Positions 27,201 to 35,487 of a stretch of 64,000 nt of DNA are shown in pieces. The translations under genes and the position numbers were made by a program. A model generated the notes under the pieces. That model did no database searches. It saw nothing but the letters and a program-made list of their open reading frames with translations, and had not been told where the DNA came from. The stretch's first letter is position 1. Every line of letters starts with the position of its first letter. Origin of the DNA: Akkermansiaceae bacterium (GTDB lineage: Bacteria; Verrucomicrobiota; Verrucomicrobiia; Verrucomicrobiales; Akkermansiaceae); the NCBI GenBank assembly GCA_051251915.1, contig JBPOGF010000016.1, positions 32,001 to 96,000 on the forward strand, read 5' to 3'.

Positions 27201-27383
27201 GAGGCTATCAAATTCTACGAAGATCCCGCGTCTCTCAAGTTCGGTGGAGATATGGTCACGGATGTCTTGGTTTAGGCCCGTGCTGTTGAGATAAAACAAG
27301 CCGCCAGCCGCTGTGATCATGCCAAGGACAAATAAGATTGTCAGCGTGATGCGGAGTCTAATGATAATGCGGCGGATGAGCAT
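24225..27383 (-). CDS. AsmA-like large periplasmic beta-rich protein
   Basis: N-terminal TM anchor, long beta-rich body, AsmA_2-like C-terminus (F-G-G-VNL...VRG...NPSW). Confidence 0.72.
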   Translation of the reverse strand: MLIRRIIIRLRITLTILFVLGMITAAGGLFYLNSTGLNQDIRDHISTELERRGIFVEFDSLKYKMTDGLVATNVHFYGDSERLTKLASLPEVCINLDKTKLLRGIRKINSLSLKEADIEIPINPLDPATARIKISNINGNIEFPEAGSISTNRLTAQYMGINITLAGNLWQELDLPTSPTHPEMAAKRAESYLKFIDYLDNWTWDSSTPPDLSLFVEGDINSPEKIKIEFDLLAPELDYNGYTLSKVQTIGDFNHNLITVDSLSFKNEDNEAYVEMDYDFTIRDGRFHIDSNIHIQKFVLTFFNRELFKGFNITGGSDINAKGYFKLPTKEDDMSLSSVLPSFINPFSELEIKAIGKAQLKSYEYLGSKFDSFSSDFSWENGDVYLDRLIMKSPDGYLRGRLLIKNNIVTYDTESTLPKRAFLPFIKPGGKVEAALNQIKLHPDSKVFCKSKGNINANDLTDWVSDGELHITKVTYNDLYTESLLTKFRWLDGTLSGSVTLQDTTFKDMSLQQLDSSFHWKDEALNAKVNFTKPQVKGSTLDSLKATVNFQNKQIKITEINAEHPSGKLVGNFYTTDDYYNFDLISTLNPYLLMPFIKNDKLVEFLSKADIDNQSNSYISTKGKLSRTDKTDWESEGEATFTELKFNGVPLHSIKSNYKINHDGLLATDSRLVFDYSNYELYKLFKGSAKGEATIEKTYIDNAKKTATLDGVKGRAHPAPIARLFHSDVADHLEEYQFYNPPTLSASGVFDTVPRSLKDQKINFTCNLSCPGSNTRYMFLDGNLLLSNFSANIQIVKNEVKVRKLRSQLFDNGLAQGNLYFTIPNSGPVTYHGDLNWQNISFRQLGITYNFDEVQRGRLRGNIQFQGKSDDIASFNTKKGTMGTFALENGDLVSVPVLGPVSIIINPFISPIAGGQALNERLKDISARFKVVNGVIITDDIQSLTPSLTFFGEGSVNLNTDNIDITIRVNYRGLLGKAMELGAEIIKLPIHMLRAVFLNKKPAETGLIQVRGRGHYKNPSWKLVPFDPPRDFNVPLFKPGKAQAVPRAKPIQ

Positions 27384-27483
27384 GAAACGGGTGAGTGATA
27401 GCGTTAGCTCAAGCTAACACTCCCAGCTTAGTTTGCAATCTATTACACCGCATTACAGCGTATTGCGCTGGGTTAGGGCGTTT

Positions 27484-28467
27484 TTAAGGCACTACGACGC
27501 GTTTTAGGATGCGCTGGATGATCTCGTCTGTGGTTACATTTTCCGCCTCGGCTTCATAGCTGAGTAGGATGCGGTGGCGGAAAACATCAGGAGCTAGGTC
27601 CTTGATGTCTTGTGGGGTTACGAAGGATCTGCCTGCCATGAAGGCATTGGCTTTCGAGGCTAGGGCTAAATTAATGGTGGCACGCGGTGATGCACCGGAG
27701 CGGATGAGAGGAGCTAGGCTAGGGTCTACTTTTCCTGGTCTGCGGGTGCAGTGGACTAGCTCGACGATGTATTCTTTGATGGCTGAGTCGATGTAGATGT
27801 TGTTGACTATGTCTCGGCATTTTTTCACTTCATCGGCTGAAATGACTTTTTTGGTGCCTGGGATTTTGTCAGAGGTCGCCATGCGATCTAGGATCTTGAG
27901 CTCGTCTTGTTTGGATGGGTAGTCGACGTGGACTTTGAGGAGGAATCTGTCTAGTTGGGCCTCGGGGAGCTGGTAGGTTCCTTCTTGGTCGATGGGGTTT
28001 TGGGTGGCGAGGACTAGGAATGGGTCAGGAAGGGGGTAGGAGGTGTCGCCGATGGTTACTTGCTTTTCCTGCATGGCTTCTAGCAGGGCTGACTGGACTT
28101 TGGCGGGTGCGCGGTTGATTTCATCTGCTAGGATGAGGTTGCTGAAAATGGGGCCGAGTTTGGGGCTGAATGACATTTCCTGGGGATTGTAAATCATCGT
28201 ACCGAGCAGGTCAGCGGGGAGGAGGTCTGGGGTGAACTGGATTCTTGAGAAGCCTGTGTCTAGACAGCCGGCTAGGGAGTTGATGGCTAGAGTCTTGGCT
28301 AATCCTGGGACGCCTTCTAGGATAATGTGGCCGCTGCTGAGGAGGCCGATGATGAGGCGATCTACGAGTTGGTCTTGCCCTACGAGAACGTTGGCCATTT
28401 CTGTTTTTAGCGATTTGGTCCAGGTGTGTTGATCCTGGACGAGTTGGGCAAATTCTTCGTGATTCAT
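27484..28467 (-). CDS. moxR: MoxR-family AAA+ ATPase
   Basis: GVPGLAKT, RIQFTPDLLPAD, LADEINRAP, ATQNPIDQEGTY. Confidence 0.93.
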   Translation of the reverse strand: MNHEEFAQLVQDQHTWTKSLKTEMANVLVGQDQLVDRLIIGLLSSGHIILEGVPGLAKTLAINSLAGCLDTGFSRIQFTPDLLPADLLGTMIYNPQEMSFSPKLGPIFSNLILADEINRAPAKVQSALLEAMQEKQVTIGDTSYPLPDPFLVLATQNPIDQEGTYQLPEAQLDRFLLKVHVDYPSKQDELKILDRMATSDKIPGTKKVISADEVKKCRDIVNNIYIDSAIKEYIVELVHCTRRPGKVDPSLAPLIRSGASPRATINLALASKANAFMAGRSFVTPQDIKDLAPDVFRHRILLSYEAEAENVTTDEIIQRILKRVVVP

Positions 28468-28522
28468 GTTGCTGAGTAGATGGTTGAGTGGGGGGAGATT
28501 TTAGATGGAGATTGAGGTCAGA

Positions 28523-29008
28523 TTATTTTCTGAGTTGTAGTTGCTCGAAGACAAATTGGGGGACGTATCTGCGGACGATGTCTTCCCAGCCATCTGGGCC
28601 GATGAGGCTTTTGATCATGCTTGAAGATACTTCGGCGATGTCTCGAGGGGGCATGAGGAATGAGGTGGTGATTTCTGGTGCCATGTCTGCGTTGATGTGG
28701 CGCATTACTCGCTCGTATTCGTAGTCGTTTGGTGAGCGTATGCCACGGAGGATGTAGTGGGCATCGACTTCATGGGCGTAATCTACGAGGTAGCGATTGT
28801 CGAACTGGGCGATGGTGAGGCGCTCGCATGAGGGAATGCTCTCACGTAGCATTTTAAGTCGCTCAGGTACACTGAATGTGTAGTCTTTAGCTGGGTTTGA
28901 GCCGATGGCTACGTAGAGGTGATCAAAGAGTTTTAGTCCTTGTTCAATCATCCAGACATGGCCGTTTGTAGGTGGGTCAAATGACCCTGCATAGACTGCG
29001 GTGCGCAT
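28523..29008 (-). CDS. coaD: Pantetheine-phosphate adenylyltransferase
   Basis: [16 protein letters not shown]...DYEYE, VSSS. Confidence 0.95.
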   Translation of the reverse strand: MRTAVYAGSFDPPTNGHVWMIEQGLKLFDHLYVAIGSNPAKDYTFSVPERLKMLRESIPSCERLTIAQFDNRYLVDYAHEVDAHYILRGIRSPNDYEYERVMRHINADMAPEITTSFLMPPRDIAEVSSSMIKSLIGPDGWEDIVRRYVPQFVFEQLQLRK

Positions 29009-29088
29009 GAAGATATATTCTACAGATCTGGAGATTTGTCATCAGATTTCTTCTTAAACATTTTTTATGCGGGGGGAAGCGTGGTGGC

Positions 29089-30261
29089 TTAGGGGAGTCT
29101 GTCTATGAACCAGAGTATTCCGAAGGAGGTGATAGTGAGGGCTGTGATGGTTCTGAGTGATTTTTCTAGCTGTTTTGACTGAGTTTTTCTCACATAGATG
29201 AGTAGGCTGAAACATGCTATTACGAGAATGGCTTGAGCAATTTCTATTCCTAGGTTGGCCCATATTAGCGGCTGGATCCAGTGGTCTGCGCTGAGGAACT
29301 GTAGGGTGCTGCCTAGGCTGCCTGCGAAACCAAGTCCGTGGATGAAGCCGAAAAGAGCGATGAGGGCGCAACGCCATTTTAGTGTGGTTTTGAAGAAAAT
29401 GCTTTCGATGGCGATGAAGGCGATGCTTAGGGCGATGAGGGCTTCGATATAGGCGGAGATGTCATATGAATAGATGGGGAGTAGCTTGGAGATGACTAGC
29501 GCCATGCTGAGGGCGTGAGCGAGGGTGAAGACGAGGGATTGCCAGAGAAGTTGGCGGATGGTGTTAGCCATCAGGCATATGCCGATGATAAATAGGACGT
29601 GGTCTAGGCCGTCTGGGATGACGTGTCTGAATCCTAGGACGATCAATTGGAGGGTGGAGAAGCTGGTTTTTTCTGGGTGTGTTTCTTTTATTGGTGCTGT
29701 AGCTACATGGGAAGGTTTGGAGATGCTGTCTAGCTCTAGAAGCATGGTGGGCTTTACGGTTTCGAAGGTGATCTTGCCGGCGACATCATTTGCGATGACG
29801 AGATCTGGGAAGTTGCCGTCTTTTATTCTTAGTGATAATTTTGCTGGAGTTTCGCTGGTGATTTCTGGGGTGAGTTCAATGGTGTAGTAGGCGCCTTCGT
29901 TTAGTAGTTTGATGAAGGGGTAGGGTTTTTGTTTGAAGTCAGGGAAAGTGATTTTGTAATCTATCGGTTTGCCGTCGGATGCGAACTGGATGTAGCTGCG
30001 GAGGTAGAGGCTAGCTTCATGGATGAGTAGGAGGTGGTCGTCATCAGATTGCTCGTCAAGCCAGGTACGTTTGGGTTGTGGGGCTTGTGGGATGTCACGC
30101 ACTTCTGGCATGGCGTAGGCGACATCGAAATTCACTACGACTACTCCACTTCCTTGTCGGTAGTCGGCATAGAATTGCTCTACTACGTGAGCTTGCGCAT
30201 GAGCAATTAATAGAAAATAAGCCCAGAAAAATGAGCGAAGGAAAAACTTACCTCTAGGCAT
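29089..30261 (-). CDS. HupE/UreJ-family membrane protein with N-terminal periplasmic domain
   Basis: GFRHVIPDGLDHVLF, FTLAH, EALIALSI, FGFIHGLGFA, NLGIEIAQ. Confidence 0.88.
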   Translation of the reverse strand: MPRGKFFLRSFFWAYFLLIAHAQAHVVEQFYADYRQGSGVVVVNFDVAYAMPEVRDIPQAPQPKRTWLDEQSDDDHLLLIHEASLYLRSYIQFASDGKPIDYKITFPDFKQKPYPFIKLLNEGAYYTIELTPEITSETPAKLSLRIKDGNFPDLVIANDVAGKITFETVKPTMLLELDSISKPSHVATAPIKETHPEKTSFSTLQLIVLGFRHVIPDGLDHVLFIIGICLMANTIRQLLWQSLVFTLAHALSMALVISKLLPIYSYDISAYIEALIALSIAFIAIESIFFKTTLKWRCALIALFGFIHGLGFAGSLGSTLQFLSADHWIQPLIWANLGIEIAQAILVIACFSLLIYVRKTQSKQLEKSLRTITALTITSFGILWFIDRLP

Positions 30262-30282
30262 GGATTTAATGGAAGGAGTGCT

Positions 30283-31965
30283 CTATTTGAATTCAATTTT
30301 GATGCCGCGCGTTCTCCAAGCTTTGGTGATGTCTTCTTCTAGTTCTTCAAATGTTCGGCCAGCGAGTAGGACCTTGAGTGCGTCTTCACCGAGTTTGCCG
30401 TCATTGAGTGCGGTGAGGAATAGGTTGATGTTCTTGCGGTCGCCATCGTCTTCCATGTGCATGAAGTAGTAGGTAATGAGAGCACCTAGTCCGTAGTTGA
30501 AATTTCCATTTAATGTGAACTCACCGTAGCTCATGAGCATGAATTTTTTGAGTTTAGGGGCTTTGAGTTCATCTCCGAGGTAGCGGCCTTGGCCGTCTTT
30601 TCTAGAGCCTTCTGTGACGTAGCTTCTGATGTCGTTGAGGTTGCCATTTACCATGAATTTTCCGGATCGGTATGCTGTGGCGGCGATGTATTCAGCGAGT
30701 CCTTCTGAGAACCATCCTAGGGCACCGTGATTGAAATACTCGGTGTTGGTGAGTTGGTGGGTGATTTCGTGGGGGAGGGTTTTGTTGCTGACTTTGTAGT
30801 CAAACATGTAGCGGCTGCCGACTTTCTTTACGCCTAGGCTAGAAAGAGGAACCATGATGAAGCCGGAGCTAGGCATGTAAACTCCTGCGGAGCCTGGAGG
30901 GCCTCCGTTTTTATAATAGGAGGATTCTGATTCAAAGAGTAGGATCTTAAATTTTACGGTGTCCTCTGGCATGTGTGCCTTTACCATGGAGAGGGGAATT
31001 TCTTGGCAGTATAGGCGGGTGGATTCGAAGAGGGTGGAGAAGTTCTTGATGATGTTTTTAGAAATCTGGACATCGCTGATGAACTCGTAGTTGGGGCTTT
31101 GGTAGATGAAGACATTTTCTTCTTGGTTTTCTTTGATAATGGTAATTTCTGGAGCGTCAGATTTTATGAGTTTTGGCCAGTCAGCATCAAAGTTTTCCTT
31201 CACGCTGTATTTTAGCTGTAGAGCGCGGGTTCCTCCAAGGCTGATGGATTCTCTCATTGATTTTTCTGACTCAACGTAGGGTCCCGAATCGACAACTGAG
31301 GTGGTGGGGTCTTCTGCTTGTGCTGGCTGAGAATCTGGTTTGGGCATTTCCTCAACCATTTTATTGCTCCCTGTTTTGTTTTCTAGGCCTAGTTGAGTTA
31401 GGCCATCTTTCGGCTCATGGAAGGTTAGGTCTACTTTTATAATATTCTTTTTGGAATATACTTTGAAGGTGACGACGTAATTATCTGAGACCCATGCTAC
31501 GCTTGTGATATCTCTGCCGAATGAATTTTTTGTTTTTGGGAGTTGGATGCTTTTTGTTCGTAATTCTTTGTTGATCATTGTGCGCCATTTTACGATGTCC
31601 TTAATGATCTCTTCGTTGGTCATTTCTGTTGCCTGCTTTTCGGTGATGACTCTGTAGCAAAGTGCACGGGTTAGTTTTGTGTCATTATTGAGTTTTAGGA
31701 CAAGTTGTCTAACTGGTTGGCCCCAGAGTAGCATGTCCTTTCTCCAGCAGAGAAACTCGGCTGGTTGCTTTGATTTTTTCCAATTTAGATGAGAGCGAGT
31801 GGCTGCTATTTGCGGCTTAGTCATGCTCCAAACTTTGGAGTCTTCTATGAATACATCAACACTCCTATTGTGTGTAGGGGTGGTCTGTGCGGTAACATGT
31901 AAGCTTGTTAGCGATATAAATAACGACAGATATGCGAATGGGGCGAACGACAGGGCTTTAAGCAT
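30283..31965 (-). CDS. Exported putative gluzincin metallopeptidase (DUF1570-like)
   Basis: Signal peptide; AGVY, HEITH and WFSEGLAEY zinc motifs. Confidence 0.7.
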   Translation of the reverse strand: MLKALSFAPFAYLSLFISLTSLHVTAQTTPTHNRSVDVFIEDSKVWSMTKPQIAATRSHLNWKKSKQPAEFLCWRKDMLLWGQPVRQLVLKLNNDTKLTRALCYRVITEKQATEMTNEEIIKDIVKWRTMINKELRTKSIQLPKTKNSFGRDITSVAWVSDNYVVTFKVYSKKNIIKVDLTFHEPKDGLTQLGLENKTGSNKMVEEMPKPDSQPAQAEDPTTSVVDSGPYVESEKSMRESISLGGTRALQLKYSVKENFDADWPKLIKSDAPEITIIKENQEENVFIYQSPNYEFISDVQISKNIIKNFSTLFESTRLYCQEIPLSMVKAHMPEDTVKFKILLFESESSYYKNGGPPGSAGVYMPSSGFIMVPLSSLGVKKVGSRYMFDYKVSNKTLPHEITHQLTNTEYFNHGALGWFSEGLAEYIAATAYRSGKFMVNGNLNDIRSYVTEGSRKDGQGRYLGDELKAPKLKKFMLMSYGEFTLNGNFNYGLGALITYYFMHMEDDGDRKNINLFLTALNDGKLGEDALKVLLAGRTFEELEEDITKAWRTRGIKIEFK

Positions 31966-32079
31966 CCCTATATCCTCTCTGGTTAGGCATGGTTGTCCAG
32001 AAAAAAAGCCGCTTAAGGGGAGGGGTGTTTACATGGACTTATGTATTGAATTTATAGTCTATGCGTATTTGTAATATTC

Positions 32080-32300
32080 TTATGGTGAGGGGTGTATGAG
32101 TTTGTGTGACTCGGGTTCTAGGTGTGGTGTTGCTAGTTCTGCGAATTCTCTGGTGGTGACATCTTTGTCAACTTCGTCGCAGACTGTGGTTAGACCCATT
32201 TCCAAAAGTCTGTTCGCCTATCTTAGGATAAGAATTTAACCGAACGAACTTTTGGAAAAGGGTCTATGCTGACGCCTTGAATTTAGCTGGGGATGATGGT
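32080..32300 (-). pseudogene. Degenerate duplicate of the lipB 3' end, interrupted by a MITE
   Basis: Encodes TTVCDEVDKDVTTREFAELATPHLEPESHKLIHPSP* versus LipB TTVCDEIDKNVTTREFAESVTPHLESELKKLTHP*. Confidence 0.88.
32191..32266. mobile_element. 76-bp MITE-like element with 26-bp imperfect terminal inverted repeats and a probable TA duplication
   Basis: TAGACCCATTTCCAAAAGTCTGTTCG ... CGAACGAACTTTTGGAAAAGGGTCTA; absent from the intact lipB copy (GTGGT-CA-TGCTG). Confidence 0.8.
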
Positions 32301-32333
32301 GATGGTGAAGGTGTGTATGGTGACACTGCTATT

Positions 32334-32762
32334 TTATTCGTTTACTTTAACTTTGGTCGGGTTTGCTAGCTTATCTTTGATGACTGGATAGAGGTCGTAG
32401 GTGGGATAGAATTCTGTTTTGAATGCTTTCCAAGCAGTTTTCTCTATCGCTAAATTGACATCACGTAGTTTAGAGGCGGGAATCTCTAATGTGATCACTT
32501 GACCGATTCCCATCACTACATGCCAGGTGACAATTTTTGTCCCTTTCGGAGGAAACGCTTCCCAGAAACCTTGAGCATCTAAAACCTCACGGATTTCATC
32601 AAGGCTCTTGGTTTGATCATGACGTAGGATCACGGTGATCATCATCTTATCCGAAGGTTGAGCTGCTTGAGGGGGAGTCTTATTTTCTTCTGCTGACAGG
32701 CTGGAGGTTAATGCTAAAGTTAATATAGAAAATAGTGTGGAGCGTAGTATTTTAGTCATCAC
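32334..32762 (-). CDS. Exported hypothetical protein (142 aa), islet cargo
   Basis: Signal peptide; FWEAFPP, WHVVMGIGQVITL, FKTEFYPTYD; composition differs from flanking genes. Confidence 0.8.
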   Translation of the reverse strand: MMTKILRSTLFSILTLALTSSLSAEENKTPPQAAQPSDKMMITVILRHDQTKSLDEIREVLDAQGFWEAFPPKGTKIVTWHVVMGIGQVITLEIPASKLRDVNLAIEKTAWKAFKTEFYPTYDLYPVIKDKLANPTKVKVNE

Positions 32763-32898
32763 TAATTCTAATCCTTACCTCTATGTCTGCAAGTAATAAT
32801 AAGTATTAGCATGTCAGAGTTTCCAAAATGGCCTTAAGCTAGAATTTATGGGATAGATTACGAGGTAGGGTAGAGGTTTCTAACTAAGGTTTTTATCG

Positions 32899-33537
32899 TT
32901 AGGGGTGTGTGAGTTTTTTTAGCTCGGATTCTAGGTGTGGTGTTACGGATTCTGCGAATTCTCTGGTGGTGACATTTTTGTCAATTTCGTCGCAGACTGT
33001 GGTCATGCTGACTCCTTGGATTCCGCAGGGGGTGATGTGGTTGAAGCCGGTGAGGGATTCGCGGGTGATGTTGATGGCGAAGCCGTGCATGGAGATCCAT
33101 TTTCTGACTCCTACTCCGATGGAGGCTAGTTTTTTCTCTCCAACCCAGACTCCTGTGAGGTTTTCCTTGGTGGTGGCGTTTACTCCGTAGTCTTGGCAGG
33201 TGAGGACGAGGGCGCGCTCGATGGAGTGGATGAAGGTGTGGAGGTCTTTTCCTAGGTTTTTGAGGTCGATGATGGTGTAGCCGACGAGTTGGCCGGGGCC
33301 GTGGTAGGTTGCTTGACCTCCGCGGTTGATTTCGAGTTGTGGGTGTGGGAGCTGGGTGGGGTCTAGGAGTGAGCTTTTGTCCTTGGTTCTGCCGATGGTG
33401 TAGATGGGGGCGTGCTCTAGGGTGAAGAATGTGTCTGGAGATTCGTTGTTGAGAACTTCGAGGAGTTTGGCTTCTTGGATAGCGAGTGCGTCTTGGTAGC
33501 TGATGTGGTCGCCGAGCCATTCTGTAGTGAGGTTCAT
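32899..33537 (-). CDS. lipB: Lipoyl(octanoyl) transferase
   Basis: LEHAPIYTIG, RGGQATYHGPGQLVGY, KLASIG, HGFAIN, PCG; likely start MNLTT at 33537. Confidence 0.95.
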   Translation of the reverse strand: MNLTTEWLGDHISYQDALAIQEAKLLEVLNNESPDTFFTLEHAPIYTIGRTKDKSSLLDPTQLPHPQLEINRGGQATYHGPGQLVGYTIIDLKNLGKDLHTFIHSIERALVLTCQDYGVNATTKENLTGVWVGEKKLASIGVGVRKWISMHGFAINITRESLTGFNHITPCGIQGVSMTTVCDEIDKNVTTREFAESVTPHLESELKKLTHP

Positions 33538-33749
33538 GAGGGGAGGCTGGAATTTGTTAGTTAAATTTGCAACCTGTAAATATGGAATGAAGTGTGTTTT
33601 TCTTGGGCTAGCGGTCATTTAATGGGGTTATGATAGGTTATGTATCTATAGCTGTGGAATGAAGTGTATTTATACTTTACGGATGGGTGTTAGAAGTTAT
33701 CTTCGGCTTTGTTGGTGTGCTTTTTGGAGGTTTACCATCGTGTTTATTA

Positions 33750-34499
33750 ATGCCTAGGAATGAAATAGAGATTTTGGATACCCGTCAGAGTGTGGAGCTT
33801 GGTGAGGGGGTGGAGATTCATCTACGGATAGCGGGGCCATTTCCGCGTGCATTGGCATTGTTATTAGATATGTTGATAGTTGGTGCTATCATGTTGGTTT
33901 TGGGTTTTATTTTAACGGTTGTGACTTCTGGGATGTGGATGGTGGGGCAGGGTATTTTCTTGATAGTGGGGTTCTTTTTGTCTTGGGGATATTTTGCCTA
34001 TTTTGAGGCAGGCAAGCGAGGGGCGACGATAGGGAAGCGGACGTTAGGCTTGCGGGTGATAGATCGCTCGGGAAAGAATATTACGAAGGGGCAGGCGTTT
34101 GTTAGAAATATATTACGGTTGGTGGATATGCTGCCGGGGATGCCTAGTACGGCGGCGGGTGTGATGATTGGGAGTTTTGGGTTGGGGTTTTTCTGTTGTT
34201 TGTTTACGAAGAAGTTTCAGCGTGTGGGGGATTTGGTGGCGAATACGTTGGTGGTGTATACTCAGCCTGAGTTGTTGATGACTGGGCAGGAGCCTAGTGT
34301 GGAGTCAAGTGCTCCTACGGTGGCATTAGCAAGGGAGGAGCAGGTGGCGCTGGTGGATTATTATAATAGGGCTAGTATGTGGAGTGAGGCGCGTAGGATA
34401 GAGTTATCTGATCATGCTTCTGGGTTGACTCAGAAGGATGGGATGGCTGGAATGATAAGGCTTCTGGGGATGGCGAAGTGGATCAAAGAGAAGAAATAA
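33750..34499 (+). CDS. RDD family membrane protein
   Basis: RALALLLD, TIGKRTLGLRV, QRVGDLVANTLVV. Confidence 0.88.
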   Translation: MPRNEIEILDTRQSVELGEGVEIHLRIAGPFPRALALLLDMLIVGAIMLVLGFILTVVTSGMWMVGQGIFLIVGFFLSWGYFAYFEAGKRGATIGKRTLGLRVIDRSGKNITKGQAFVRNILRLVDMLPGMPSTAAGVMIGSFGLGFFCCLFTKKFQRVGDLVANTLVVYTQPELLMTGQEPSVESSAPTVALAREEQVALVDYYNRASMWSEARRIELSDHASGLTQKDGMAGMIRLLGMAKWIKEKK

Positions 34500-34503
34500 G
34501 GGG

Positions 34504-35487
34504 ATGAAAGAACAAGACTTCGAAGCGAAAAATCTACCTGAATGGCGCAAGTTTGATGCGACTATGGAGGTGCTTGAGAAGGGTGATGTGGAGGCTGTGG
34601 ATATGTCTAAAGTGCCGGCTCAGGTGAGGGCTAGGTGTTTGGATTTATCGTTGGCTAGGTATCGGTTGTATGGTTCACGGATGTGTGAGTATCTGAATCA
34701 TCAGGTTACTCGCGGGCATAATTTGGTGGCGAAGACTGAAGGTGGAGTGAGGGAGAAGATGGTGCATTTCTTTGTGGCTGGATTCCCGCAGGCGATGCGC
34801 CGGGAGTGGAGGTTGTTGTTGGTGTGCTGGTTGTTTTTCTTGGTGCCATTTTTTGGGATCTGGGCGAGTTATAATCATGATCCTGAGTGGGTGCATAGTC
34901 TGCTGGGTGAGGGGCAACGGAGTAATATGGATGAGTGGTATGGGAAAGGTAGCACTGGAACGATGCGGGATGAATTTGGGTCTAATTTTGCGATGTTCGG
35001 GCATTACATTAATAATAATATTGGGATTGATTTGTTGATTATTGCGGGTGGTGCTTTGGCTGGAGTGGGGAGTTTATTTTTGGTGTTGTCTAATGGTTTA
35101 CAGATGGGGGCTGCGATGGCTTATGTGATGAATGAGGGGTCGCCGGAGCGGTTGTTGTCATTTGTGTCGGGGCATGCTCCTTATGAGTTGTTAGGGATGA
35201 TTGTGGCTGGGATGGCTGGGATGCGGATCGGGTTGGCGTTGATTAAGCCAGGGCAGTTGTCAAGGGGGAGGGCGCTGATGGAGAGTGGGACGCAGGGGTT
35301 GCCGTTAATTATCGGGGCTTGTGTGCTGACTTTTGTTGCGGCGATTATTGAGGGGTTTTGGTCAGCGGAGCAGAATCCGGTGGAGTTGAAGTATTGGGTT
35401 GGTTATATTGGGTGGTTTTTGTTGGCAGTGTATTTTATTTTTGCGGGAAGGAACACTCAATCGAGGAGGTTTGGGGCTGAGTCATGA
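34504..35487 (+). CDS. SpoIIM/DUF95 family membrane protein
   Basis: YINNNI, NGLQMG, GHAPYEL, AAIIEGF. Confidence 0.85.
   Translation: MKEQDFEAKNLPEWRKFDATMEVLEKGDVEAVDMSKVPAQVRARCLDLSLARYRLYGSRMCEYLNHQVTRGHNLVAKTEGGVREKMVHFFVAGFPQAMRREWRLLLVCWLFFLVPFFGIWASYNHDPEWVHSLLGEGQRSNMDEWYGKGSTGTMRDEFGSNFAMFGHYINNNIGIDLLIIAGGALAGVGSLFLVLSNGLQMGAAMAYVMNEGSPERLLSFVSGHAPYELLGMIVAGMAGMRIGLALIKPGQLSRGRALMESGTQGLPLIIGACVLTFVAAIIEGFWSAEQNPVELKYWVGYIGWFLLAVYFIFAGRNTQSRRFGAES

Noticed and set aside
27384..27483. Two small hairpins between moxR and the AsmA-like gene as a tRNA or ncRNA
   Set aside because: No cloverleaf, T-loop or CCA end; the stems are short
32080..33040. lipB 3' duplication as a DGR template/variable repeat pair
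   Set aside because: Mismatches are not adenine-specific (several T/C and C/T changes), there is no reverse transcriptase in the window, and the target is a housekeeping enzyme
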